From IMG/VR virus record IMGVR_UViG_3300047557_002530: 64,000 bases of DNA, one strand, 5' to 3'. Shown piece after piece: positions 20,349-28,664 of this stretch. How positions within the stretch are numbered: the first letter of the stretch is position 1; each line of letters starts with the position of its first letter. The stretch is from a virus (Duplodnaviria; Caudoviricetes). The notes under the pieces were generated by a model. The model saw only the letters and a program-made list of their open reading frames with translations. It made no database searches and was not told the origin of the DNA. The position numbers were made by a program, and so were the translations under genes.

Positions 20349-22642
20349 GTAACGGTACAAAGGTTAAAAAACGTGATGGACGAATTGAGTCTCTTGACCT
20401 AGATAAAATGCATCTGATGGTCGAAGAATCCTGTAAGGGTCTTGCAGGGGTCTCTGCGAGTCAAGTTGAGATGACTTCTGGAATTCAATTCTATGATGGA
20501 ATCACTACTGCAGAGATTCAAGAAATCCTAATTCGTAGTGCAAGTGATCTAATTGATCTTGAACATCCCAACTATCAATACGTTGCTGCACGTCTACTTC
20601 TTTTTTCTGTGCGCAAGCAACTGTATGGAAAAATGAAAGAACTTCCCACACTTGAGCAGCACATTATCCAATGTGTTACTGAGGAAGTTTATGATAATGA
20701 CATTTATAATAAGTATTCTCAAGAAGAAATTAATCGCGCTGATTCTTATATTGACCATGACCGCGATTTCTTATTCACTTATGCGGGTCTACGTCAAGTT
20801 GTTGATAAGTACCTCGTACAAGATAGAAGTAGCGGTGGAGTATATGAGACTCCTCAGTTCATGTATATGATGATTGCTCTGACTATCTTTGCAGAGTATC
20901 CCAAAGAAACCAGAATGTCATATGTAAAGAGGTATTATGACGCAATCAGCAAGCACAAAATCAACATCCCTACCCCCATTATGGCAGGCGTTAGGACGCC
21001 ACTTAGACAATTCGCTAGCTGTGTTCTTGTTGATGTTGATGACACCCTCGATAGTATCTTTAGCAGTGATATGGCTATTGGTCGATACGTTGCACAAAGG
21101 GCGGGAATCGGCATCAACGCAGGTCGAATCCGTGGCATCAACAGCAAAATCCGTGGCGGAGAAGTGCAGCACACAGGTGTTGTCCCTTTCCTCAAAAAGT
21201 TTGAGGCAACTGTCCGATGCTGCACTCAAAATGGCATCCGTGGTGGATCAGCAACTGTCCACTTCCCAATCTGGCACCAAGAAATAGAAGATATTCTAGT
21301 TCTTAAGAATAATAAGGGAACGGAAGATAATCGTGTCCGTAAACTTGATTACTCTATTCAGATTTCTAAGTTGTTCTATGAAAGATTTATTCAAGATGGT
21401 GAGATCACGCTTTTCTCTCCGCATGATGTACCTGAACTTTATGATCGCTTTGGACTCCCTGGATTTGATGAACTCTACTGTGCGTATGAAAAAGATACGT
21501 CCGTTAAGAAAAAAACTGTTAAAGCACAGGAACTCATCCTTAACCTTCTTAAAGAACGTGCGGAAACGGGTCGTATCTATATTATGAATATCGATCACTG
21601 TAACTCACATTCTTCTTTTAAAGATAAGGTTGAAATGAGTAATCTTTGTCAAGAGATTACTCTACCAACTTACCCAGTTCAACATATTGATGATGAGAAT
21701 GGCGAGATTGCTCTTTGTATTCTTTCTGCAATTAATGTTGGTAAAGTCAAATCTGATGAAGAACTTGAGGAACTTTGTGATCTTTCTGTTCGTGGACTTG
21801 AAGAGTTAATTGATTATCAGAAGTATCCTGTACGTGCTGCAGAAATTGCTACAAAGGCACGTAGATCTCTTGGAGTAGGTTTTATTGGTCTCGCCCACTA
21901 TTTGGCAAAACTTGGATTCAATTATGACTCTCAAGAAGCATGGGATGCGGTCCATGGACTTTCCGAATCTTTCCAATATTATCTTCTCAAGGCATCTAAT
22001 CAACTTGCTAAAGAAAAAGGATATTGTGGATATTTTGGACGTACAAAGTATGCAGATGGTATTCTTCCTATCGATACTTACAAGAAAGACGTAGACGAAA
22101 TTTCTTCTATTAAATTGCAACATGATTGGGAAACTCTTAGAGCATCAATCCTGGAACACGGTCTCAGACACTCAACATTGTCCGCACAGATGCCATCGGA
22201 GAGCAGTTCCGTTGTGTCAAATGCAACAAATGGAATTGAACCCCCTCGCGGATTCCTGTCCATTAAAAAATCCAAGAAAGGTCCACTTAAGCAGATCGTT
22301 CCGCAGTACCAAACACTTAAGAACAATTATACGCTTTTGTGGGATATGCCTAGTAATACTGGTTATATTAATATTGTTGCTGTGATGCAAAAGTTCTTTG
22401 ATCAGGCAATTTCTGGAAACTGGAGTTATAATCCAGAAAACTATGATAATAATGAAGTTCCTGTGTCAGTAATGGCAAATGACTTTTTGACTACATACAA
22501 GTACGGGTGGAAAACTTCATACTACCAAAACACTTATGATATTAAGACTGATGAGGTAGTAGAAGAGAAACCCAATCTTCAAGATTTGCTAAGTGAGTTA
22601 AGTTCAGTAGAGGAGGGAGAGTGTGAATCCTGTGCAGTTTAA
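20345..22642 (+). CDS. nrdA: Ribonucleotide reductase class Ia alpha subunit
   Basis: ATP cone VKKRDG, SCVL, SNLCQEI, MPSESSS, C-terminal CESCAV. Confidence 0.98.
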   Translation: MSNGTKVKKRDGRIESLDLDKMHLMVEESCKGLAGVSASQVEMTSGIQFYDGITTAEIQEILIRSASDLIDLEHPNYQYVAARLLLFSVRKQLYGKMKELPTLEQHIIQCVTEEVYDNDIYNKYSQEEINRADSYIDHDRDFLFTYAGLRQVVDKYLVQDRSSGGVYETPQFMYMMIALTIFAEYPKETRMSYVKRYYDAISKHKINIPTPIMAGVRTPLRQFASCVLVDVDDTLDSIFSSDMAIGRYVAQRAGIGINAGRIRGINSKIRGGEVQHTGVVPFLKKFEATVRCCTQNGIRGGSATVHFPIWHQEIEDILVLKNNKGTEDNRVRKLDYSIQISKLFYERFIQDGEITLFSPHDVPELYDRFGLPGFDELYCAYEKDTSVKKKTVKAQELILNLLKERAETGRIYIMNIDHCNSHSSFKDKVEMSNLCQEITLPTYPVQHIDDENGEIALCILSAINVGKVKSDEELEELCDLSVRGLEELIDYQKYPVRAAEIATKARRSLGVGFIGLAHYLAKLGFNYDSQEAWDAVHGLSESFQYYLLKASNQLAKEKGYCGYFGRTKYADGILPIDTYKKDVDEISSIKLQHDWETLRASILEHGLRHSTLSAQMPSESSSVVSNATNGIEPPRGFLSIKKSKKGPLKQIVPQYQTLKNNYTLLWDMPSNTGYINIVAVMQKFFDQAISGNWSYNPENYDNNEVPVSVMANDFLTTYKYGWKTSYYQNTYDIKTDEVVEEKPNLQDLLSELSSVEEGECESCAV

Positions 22643-23813
22643 AATTTCTTCAACAGAAGAACCTCAAACAAACATCAAAGGAATGACCGTTTTTAACACT
22701 GAAAAAGTAGATACCAAAAAGCAACCAATGTTTTTTGGCAAACCTCTTGGAGTTCAAAGATACGATTCATACAAATATCCAATCTTCGACAAACTGACTA
22801 CCCAACAACTTGGATACTTCTGGAGACCCGAAGAGGTGTCTCTCCAGAAGGATCGTGGAGATTATCAAACACTTCGTCCAGAACAAAAACACATCTATAC
22901 TTCAAATCTGAAGTATCAGATTATGCTTGATTCTGTTCAGGGTCGTGGTCCTGGTATGGCATTCATTCCTTATTGTTCTTTGCCTGAACTTGAGGCATGT
23001 ATGGAAGTGTGGGGATTTATGGAAATGATCCACAGTCGCTCATACACATATATCATCAAAAACATTTATTCTGATCCTTCTGAGGTATTTGATACCATCA
23101 TTGGCGATGAGCGTATTCTAGAACGTGCTAAGAGCGTTACAGAGTCATATGATGACTTTATTCAATCAGCACAGCAATATGGTGTGTCTGATACCTGGAT
23201 GCATAATCTTGAAGGAGTATCATACGCAAAGGAAACAATCAATGACGTTAAACGAAAACTCTATAGAGCAGTCGCAAACGTTAATATTCTTGAAGGTATT
23301 CGCTTCTACGTTAGTTTTGCTTGTAGTTTCGCCTTTGGTGAACTTAAGCTTATGGAAGGATCCGCTAAAATCATCTCTCTTATCGCAAGAGACGAAAATC
23401 AACACCTAGCACTTACTCAGAACATTCTGAATAAGTGGAGAGAAGGTGATGATCCCGAAATGCAAAAGATTATGAAAGAAGAGGAAGAATGGACCTATAA
23501 GATGTTTGATCGTGCTGTAAATGAAGAAAAGAAATGGGCGGATTATCTGTTCAAAGATGGCAGTATGATCGGACTGAACGATAAACTTCTTCAACAATAC
23601 GTAGAGTGGATCGCAAATAGAAGACTTAAAGCAATTGGACTAAAACCCCAATATGATATTTCAGCAAACAACAATCCACTTCCTTGGACTCAGCACTGGA
23701 TTTCTTCTAAAGGTCTCCAGGTAGCACCCCAGGAAACGGAAGTAGAATCCTACGTTGTAGGAGGAATCAAACAAGATGTTACCAAAAATACTTTCTCAGG
23801 ATTCAAATTATGA
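22623..23813 (+). CDS. nrdB: Ribonucleotide reductase class Ia beta subunit
   Basis: FWRPEEV, EMIHSRSY, LEGIRF, RDENQH, QVAPQE. Confidence 0.97.
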   Translation: MNPVQFKISSTEEPQTNIKGMTVFNTEKVDTKKQPMFFGKPLGVQRYDSYKYPIFDKLTTQQLGYFWRPEEVSLQKDRGDYQTLRPEQKHIYTSNLKYQIMLDSVQGRGPGMAFIPYCSLPELEACMEVWGFMEMIHSRSYTYIIKNIYSDPSEVFDTIIGDERILERAKSVTESYDDFIQSAQQYGVSDTWMHNLEGVSYAKETINDVKRKLYRAVANVNILEGIRFYVSFACSFAFGELKLMEGSAKIISLIARDENQHLALTQNILNKWREGDDPEMQKIMKEEEEWTYKMFDRAVNEEKKWADYLFKDGSMIGLNDKLLQQYVEWIANRRLKAIGLKPQYDISANNNPLPWTQHWISSKGLQVAPQETEVESYVVGGIKQDVTKNTFSGFKL

Positions 23814-24120
23814 TGAATGGTGCGAACAGGAAATCCTGAACGCATACAGAGAGGCAGCAGAGTGTGATGAGTTTATGTTTGGAGATTATGATTATTGTAA
23901 AGAATGGTTAGGTACAAATAACTAATCGCACATAGATAGAGGAGGTTACGCCTCCTTTTTTTATGTCTAAAAATCAACTGACTAAAGATGAAATTAAAGT
24001 TCGTGTCTTAAAGTTAAAAGATAATCTTCATAAGGATCATATTAGACCCGAAATGGATATGAAAGGACTCGCTCATAAATATCTGAACGAAGTTCTTGAT
24101 ATTATTGATGAGTACAGATA

Positions 24121-24846
24121 TTAGTCTTTTACGAAAAATATAATTCCTTCTTCTAATTGCTTTTTATATTTTTGATGTCCTATTTTATTTTCTTTTAGAT
24201 AAGATACAACACTTTCCCAAGTTTTAGTTCCATCACTTACTTTTTTATTTCTTGATGTTGTAAGTGTTTTTTTATGTTCATCTGTAAGTTTTTTTCCATA
24301 CATAGGATTTCCTTCTCCTTTGTACATATCACTTAATTTTTGTCTTACCTCTGGTCTATAAACTGGATTGTATGATTTATCTTTCATCTTTTCACTTCTC
24401 ATATCACAAAATTTATCATTCTTCATAACAACCTCATAAATTCCTGCTCGTTCGCTTACAAAAAATCTTCCCTCAATATTTGTGTTATAATAATCATCAG
24501 TCATTAGAACATCTCTTTTGAATTGCTCCATAGTTTCGTAGTAGGACATAGATTTTTTATGAGGACATAGGTAAAGTATTTCTCTTTCAAATTTATCTTT
24601 ACCTATAAGTTTTACATCTTCATTCAATTCATCACAAGAACCAAAGTAATTTTTCCAATCACTTTCTTTTGTTTTTCTCCTACCAGTTTTTTTATCTTTT
24701 CTTCTTGTCCAAAAAGATTTTTTGCCAATATATTTTCTATTGTTTGTTAAATTTGTTATTAGATACACAAATCCCTCTATGCCTTTCGGAGCATCTACAA
24801 AATCTTCGTCATTATATTTCCAAGTCATAGAAATACTTTCTTCCAT
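24121..24846 (-). CDS. GIY-YIG homing endonuclease with NUMOD3-like tail
   Basis: FVYLITN...KYIGKK; NPMYGKKLTDEHKK; TATAAATA on the minus strand at 24853-24860. Confidence 0.8.
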   Translation of the reverse strand: MEESISMTWKYNDEDFVDAPKGIEGFVYLITNLTNNRKYIGKKSFWTRRKDKKTGRRKTKESDWKNYFGSCDELNEDVKLIGKDKFEREILYLCPHKKSMSYYETMEQFKRDVLMTDDYYNTNIEGRFFVSERAGIYEVVMKNDKFCDMRSEKMKDKSYNPVYRPEVRQKLSDMYKGEGNPMYGKKLTDEHKKTLTTSRNKKVSDGTKTWESVVSYLKENKIGHQKYKKQLEEGIIFFVKD

Positions 24847-24866
24847 TAAAACTATTTATACTGAAA

Positions 24867-25133
24867 ATGTTTTTAAAATTACTAAAAATTATCAATTGGT
24901 TCTTGACAAGACAGAAGAGTGCTCCTATAGTGGAGGAACCTGCTTCCGAAAAGACTATTATGAACGCAACGACTGAAGATATTGTTGCTCACGTTAGGTC
25001 GTGGTCTCTTGACCGTGCTGCTGATATGAGTGTAGATAAGGAAGATGCTCGCGCCATTCTTGCTGAATTTTATGAATGGATTGAACCAGAAAGTGATGAA
25101 CTTGAAATTGTTTCTCTAGAACCAGAAAGTTGA
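24867..25133 (+). CDS. Hypothetical protein
   Basis: Intact ORF; true start may be downstream. Confidence 0.5.
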   Translation: MFLKLLKIINWFLTRQKSAPIVEEPASEKTIMNATTEDIVAHVRSWSLDRAADMSVDKEDARAILAEFYEWIEPESDELEIVSLEPES

Positions 25134-25213
25134 CAGATTCTAAATAAAAACTTATAATGTTAAGATTCACAACTATGTGGATCTTTTTTATTATGAGATT
25201 TTGATTGAAATTT

Positions 25214-25280
25214 AGAGCCGTGGAAAGTGCCCTTTGAGAAAAGGGTGTACCCCCTTTCTATACGGATGTAGAGTTCTGTA
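25214..25280 (+). promoter_or_regulatory. Structured 5' leader upstream of the RlpA-like gene
   Basis: Nested stems AGAGC/GTTCT, CCGTGGAAAG/CTTTCTATACGG, GCCCTTT/AAAGGGT. Confidence 0.45.
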
Positions 25281-25287
25281 AAATTTA

Positions 25288-25650
25288 ATGCTTTTAAAAA
25301 CACTTTCAATTCTTGCCATTGCCGCTGCAGGATTAGCACCCCTACAAGCAAAGGCAGCGAGCGGATGTTCCCTCGCATCACATTATGGTATTGGTGACGG
25401 ATATCACGGGCAGACAACTGCCAATGGCGAAAGATACAATGCATATGGCAATTCAGTAGCACATAAATGGCTTCCTTTTGGAACTAGATTGCGGGTAACT
25501 AATCAATCTAATGGAAGAACAGTAATTGTGCGTGTTAATGATCGCGGTCCTTATGTCGCGGGTAGAGACCTTGACTTGTCTTACGGTGCATTCTCTACTA
25601 TTGCTTCACCCAGTCAAGGTGTTGCTAGGATTTGCTACTCGCGGGTATGA
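25288..25650 (+). CDS. RlpA-like double-psi beta-barrel (lytic transglycosylase family) protein with signal peptide
   Basis: ASHYG...TANGERY...AHKWLPFGT...VRVNDRGP...DLS. Confidence 0.88.
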   Translation: MLLKTLSILAIAAAGLAPLQAKAASGCSLASHYGIGDGYHGQTTANGERYNAYGNSVAHKWLPFGTRLRVTNQSNGRTVIVRVNDRGPYVAGRDLDLSYGAFSTIASPSQGVARICYSRV

Positions 25651-25705
25651 TGACCTAAAAGTTTAATAATAAATAGAGGAGAGCGGTTGCTACTCCTCTT
25701 TTTTT

Positions 25706-26116
25706 ATGTTTAATTTTAACTTCGGGAAGAAGAGACCAGATAAGAAGCAGATAATCCTTATAAGCGCCATACTCAGCGGTATCGTAGCGACCCTCTCCCA
25801 ATGCACTGGAGCGCCCCAGGAGCGCCTCTGGGACCTCTTAGACGAGGTTCAGAGGGTTCTGTTCCCAGGCACCATAATCAATGAGGTTCTGCTTCAAGAT
25901 CCTGGTGTGGTGGATAGGAGAGTTGAGCGTGATGTTGATAAAGCTATTCGTGAATATGAAAGCTTGACAAGAGACTCTGATCCACCTAGAGTACCTTTGT
26001 CGAGGTTGATAGAGAGGCCTTTAGATACTTCTAAGTGTTATACTGAAGAGTGTAAGAAACTTGGAGGAGAAATGAGGTTATGTGCTCCATGGCTTGACAC
26101 CTGTAAGAAGGAGTAG
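25706..26116 (+). CDS. Hypothetical protein
   Basis: Intact ORF after a terminator. Confidence 0.6.
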   Translation: MFNFNFGKKRPDKKQIILISAILSGIVATLSQCTGAPQERLWDLLDEVQRVLFPGTIINEVLLQDPGVVDRRVERDVDKAIREYESLTRDSDPPRVPLSRLIERPLDTSKCYTEECKKLGGEMRLCAPWLDTCKKE

Positions 26117-26208
26117 TACAATAATCATATGAGCAGTGAGGGTCCAAACCTCATATAAGTCTCACCCCTCCTATGCCTCTCATAGAAGCACAAACCAGGA
26201 GGTCTCTT

Positions 26209-26282
26209 GTCTCAGTAGCTCAGTTGGATAGAGCATCTGCCTTCTAAGCAGTTGGTCGGGGGTTCGAGTCCCTCCTGAGACG
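26209..26282 (+). tRNA. trnR: tRNA-Arg(UCU)
   Basis: Cloverleaf, loop CTTCTAA. Confidence 0.93.
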
Positions 26283-26711
26283 TTGACTTTTTTCTTAAAA
26301 AGTTTTATAAATAAAACACTTAGGTCGAAAACAATGTCTTACCAAATGCCCACCAAACAGATTAGTAACCTTGATTGCCGTGATTGGCATATTGAGGGTA
26401 CTCCCCTGTTTGCGGATATGGAAAGACATATGTAAGATGTAATCCATAAAAGCAAATAGAGGGGAGAGAAACCAAAAGTTTCCTCCCCTTTTTTGTTGCT
26501 TGGACCACTTTCCTAAGTGTCCACCAATCTCCCCACAGAGGACAAAATGGTAGTATATTACATGAGTCGGTGGGGGAACGAGACCCCAAACTGCCAAGTC
26601 CACTTTCGGAACTGGCACAAACCACTTTCCCCTCACTAGGTTCTGTGGTATTCTTAAAGGGTGGTTGAGAGACCACCAGCACCTTGACAACTCAATATTT
26701 ACCACATTATT

Positions 26712-26783
26712 GGGACATTAACTCAGCGGTAGAGTATTCGGCTTTTAACCGATTAGTCCTCGGTTCGAATCCGAGATGTCCCA
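26712..26783 (+). tRNA. trnK: tRNA-Lys(UUU)
   Basis: Cloverleaf, loop CTTTTAA. Confidence 0.93.
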
Positions 26784-26787
26784 CCTT

Positions 26788-26859
26788 GACTCTATAGTGA
26801 AGTGGTTATCACGCTACCCTGTCACGGTAGTATCACGGGTTCAAATCCCGTTAGAGTCG
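26788..26859 (+). tRNA. trnD: tRNA-Asp(GUC)
   Basis: Cloverleaf, loop CTGTCAC. Confidence 0.93.
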
Positions 26860-26907
26860 TTGCTGATTTGCGCTGGATCTGATAATCCAGAATGCCGTCA
26901 GCATTAA

Positions 26908-26982
26908 GGTCCTATCGACTAGCGGTTAGGTCATCACCCTTTCAAGGTGACGGCACGGGTTCGAATCCCGTTAGGACTACCA
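26908..26982 (+). tRNA. trnE: tRNA-Glu(UUC)
   Basis: Cloverleaf, loop CTTTCAA, encoded CCA. Confidence 0.93.
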
Positions 26983-27056
26983 CGGAATGTAGCTCAGTTT
27001 GGTAGAGCACTCGCTTTGGGAGCGAGATGTCGCAGGTTCGAATCCTGTCATTCCGA
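26983..27056 (+). tRNA. trnP: tRNA-Pro(UGG)
   Basis: Cloverleaf, loop TTTGGGA. Confidence 0.93.
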
Positions 27057-27057
27057 C

Positions 27058-27139
27058 TTGGAAATGTGTGGAGCACAGGGGAGTGGAGAGTTGATCGACT
27101 CTACTGCCTGACAGGTTCGATTCCTGAATTTCCAAACCA
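27058..27139 (+). ncRNA. tRNA-like RNA without canonical D/anticodon arms
   Basis: 8-bp acceptor TTGGAAAT/ATTTCCAA, T-arm CAGG-TTCGATT-CCTG, ends ACCA; long central hairpin. Confidence 0.6.
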
Positions 27140-27141
27140 AA

Positions 27142-27214
27142 CGGGGAGTAGCTCAGTTGGTAGAGCACATGCCTGAAGAGCATGGTGTCGGTGGTTCAAT
27201 TCCACCCTCTTCGA
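27142..27214 (+). tRNA. trnF: tRNA-Phe(GAA)
   Basis: Cloverleaf, loop CTGAAGA. Confidence 0.9.
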
Positions 27215-27217
27215 CTT

Positions 27218-27307
27218 GGGAAAGCACCTTGGTTGGTGAGCACGACGGTGTTAGAGACGGTTCGATTCCGTCCTTTGGCAATGGTGGTTCAAATCCACCT
27301 TTTCCCA
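27218..27307 (+). ncRNA. tRNA-like RNA with two T-arms
   Basis: Acceptor GGGAAAG/TTTTCCC; T-arms GACGG-TTCGATT-CCGTC and GGTGG-TTCAAAT-CCACC. Confidence 0.65.
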
Positions 27308-27311
27308 CAAC

Positions 27312-27383
27312 GGAACCGTAGCTCAGTGGTAGAGCACTCGGCTGATAACCGAGCGGTCACAAGTTCAAATCTTGTCGGTTCCA
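27312..27383 (+). tRNA. trnI: tRNA-Ile(GAU)
   Basis: Cloverleaf, loop CTGATAA. Confidence 0.93.
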
Positions 27384-27387
27384 CCTT

Positions 27388-27476
27388 GGAAGTGTGGCAG
27401 AGAGGTCTAATGCAGTGGATTGCTAATCCGCCGATGTCTTTATAGGCATCCGTTGGTTCGAATCCAACCACTTCCG
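27388..27476 (+). tRNA. trnS: tRNA-Ser(GCU)
   Basis: Loop TTGCTAA, long variable arm. Confidence 0.92.
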
Positions 27477-27479
27477 TTT

Positions 27480-27553
27480 GGCAGTATAGCTCAGTCTGGC
27501 AGAGCACGGGTCTCATATGCCTATGGTCGATAGTTCAAATCTATCTACTGCCT
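27480..27553 (+). tRNA. tRNA(CAU), Met or Ile2
   Basis: Cloverleaf, loop CTCATAT; weak anticodon stem; not an initiator. Confidence 0.75.
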
Positions 27554-27554
27554 T

Positions 27555-27625
27555 GTGTCGTTAGCCTAGTGGTAAGGCATCGGTTTGTGGAACCGACTAG
27601 ATGGGTTCAATTCCCATACGGCACC
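27555..27625 (+). tRNA. trnH: tRNA-His(GUG)
   Basis: Loop TTGTGGA, C discriminator. Confidence 0.9.
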
Positions 27626-27627
27626 CC

Positions 27628-27699
27628 GCCCTTATAGTTCAGTGATAGAACGCATTCTTGGTAAGAATGAGGCCGTGAGTTTGATTCTCACTAAGGGCT
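27628..27699 (+). tRNA. trnT: tRNA-Thr(GGU)
   Basis: Loop TTGGTAA; T-loop reads TTTGATT. Confidence 0.85.
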
Positions 27700-27773
27700 T
27701 GAGAAATCGTCTAATGGTAGGACACCTCCCTTTGAAGGAGTTTATCTAGGTTCGAGTCCTAGTTTCTCAGCCA
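27700..27773 (+). tRNA. trnQ: tRNA-Gln(UUG)
   Basis: Loop CTTTGAA, encoded CCA. Confidence 0.9.
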
Positions 27774-27848
27774 GTTGGGTTAGTCTAATGGTAAGATGCA
27801 GGTCTCCAAAACCTTGCGATGGGGGTTCAAATCCCTCACCCTTCGCCA
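27774..27848 (+). tRNA. trnW: tRNA-Trp(CCA)
   Basis: Loop CTCCAAA, encoded CCA, two acceptor mismatches. Confidence 0.85.
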
Positions 27849-27851
27849 AAT

Positions 27852-27923
27852 ACCCTGGTAACTCAGTGGAAGAGTGCTTCGCTACGAACGAAGAAGACGG
27901 TGGTTCAAATCCCCCTCAGGGTG
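27852..27923 (+). tRNA. trnR: tRNA-Arg(ACG)
   Basis: Cloverleaf, loop CTACGAA. Confidence 0.88.
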
Positions 27924-27924
27924 C

Positions 27925-27953
27925 TTGACAAATCTAAAAGGATTTGCTACTAT
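27925..27953 (+). promoter_or_regulatory. Sigma70-type promoter for the tmRNA
   Basis: TTGACA-N17-TACTAT. Confidence 0.75.
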
Positions 27954-27960
27954 ATACAAT

Positions 27961-28197
27961 GTTCAAGAGGATGCAAAGTCTGTTGCTTCGGACTGGGGTT
28001 CGATTCCCCACACTTCCATTTCGAGGGGGTGCATTGGTTTCGACGGGGTGGTAAGGTTGTATCTGTTGACGGAACAAACAAACAAACGCAAACAACATTG
28101 TTGCATTCTCTCGCAGTAATACTACTGCCCTTGTTTAGAGGGACGGGGTGATAACGGCCCTGTAAAGAAAGCGTTACGGGCAGTGAAATGCTGCCTT
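27961..28197 (+). ncRNA. ssrA: Circularly permuted (two-piece) tmRNA; tag ANNIVAFSRSNTTALV at 28088-28138
   Basis: T-arm and acceptor 3' strand (GGGGTTCGATTCCCCACACTTCCA, ends 28018) precede the 5' strand GGGGGTGCATTGGTTTCGAC (28025); G3:U70; resume codon GCA; ends approximate. Confidence 0.88.
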
Positions 28198-28198
28198 T

Positions 28199-28272
28199 GT
28201 CTGGTTGATGGAACTGGTATACATACTTGCCTTAGAAGCAAGGTTTTGCAGGTTCGAATCCTGTACCGGACA
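28199..28272 (+). tRNA. trnL: tRNA-Leu(UAG), short variable loop
   Basis: Loop CTTAGAA; 5-nt variable region. Confidence 0.85.
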
Positions 28273-28312
28273 CTTGACAATCAAACTTAAATAGTTTATG
28301 ATTGTCTTATAA

Positions 28313-28383
28313 GCGGGTATGGTGTAGCGGTAACACGCCATCCTTCCAAGTTGGAATCACCGGTTCGAACCCGGTTACCCGCT
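28313..28383 (+). tRNA. trnG: tRNA-Gly(UCC)
   Basis: Cloverleaf, loop CTTCCAA. Confidence 0.92.
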
Positions 28384-28385
28384 TT

Positions 28386-28457
28386 CCTCTGGTAGTCTAT
28401 TGGTAAGGACAGGCAGACAATGCACTTGGAAACTGGGTTCGATTCCCAGACAGAGGT
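28386..28457 (+). ncRNA. tRNA-like RNA or pseudo-tRNA with degenerate anticodon arm
   Basis: Normal acceptor, D and T arms; anticodon region GGCAGACAATGCAC cannot form a 5-bp stem with 7-nt loop. Confidence 0.6.
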
Positions 28458-28464
28458 AACTTTA

Positions 28465-28584
28465 TCCCAGTGACGCCGTTGGTAACGGTCATGTGGTCGG
28501 GTGGTGCCCCCGCATTCCAGAAGGGAGTTAATCTCCTGAGGTAGGTGACTAAAAAACTTAAGGTTCGAATCCTTATACTGGGAC
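28465..28584 (+). ncRNA. tRNA-like RNA with branched expansion in place of the anticodon loop
   Basis: Acceptor TCCCAGT/ACTGGGA, D-arm GCCG/CGGT, T-arm TAAGG-TTCGAAT-CCTTA, about 65 nt between D and T arms. Confidence 0.62.
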
Positions 28585-28590
28585 AAACAT

Positions 28591-28662
28591 TCCACAATAG
28601 CTCAGCGGTAGAGTCGGTGACTGTTAATCACTTGGTCCCTGGTTCGAATCCAGGTTGTGGAG
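28591..28662 (+). tRNA. trnN: tRNA-Asn(GUU)
   Basis: Cloverleaf, loop CTGTTAA. Confidence 0.93.
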
Positions 28663-28664
28663 TT

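Noticed and set aside
20345-23813. Inteins or introns in nrdA/nrdB (also gp43, gp41)
   Set aside because: Normal lengths and no splicing motifs
26440-26700. RNase P RNA on the minus strand (repeated GAAAGTGG)
   Set aside because: No P4 consensus pairing found; better explained as promoter elements
27058-27139. Selenocysteine tRNA (8-bp acceptor)
   Set aside because: No UCA anticodon loop and no long variable arm
26295-28595. ORF-track entries across the tRNA island
   Set aside because: Translations of tRNA and tmRNA sequence
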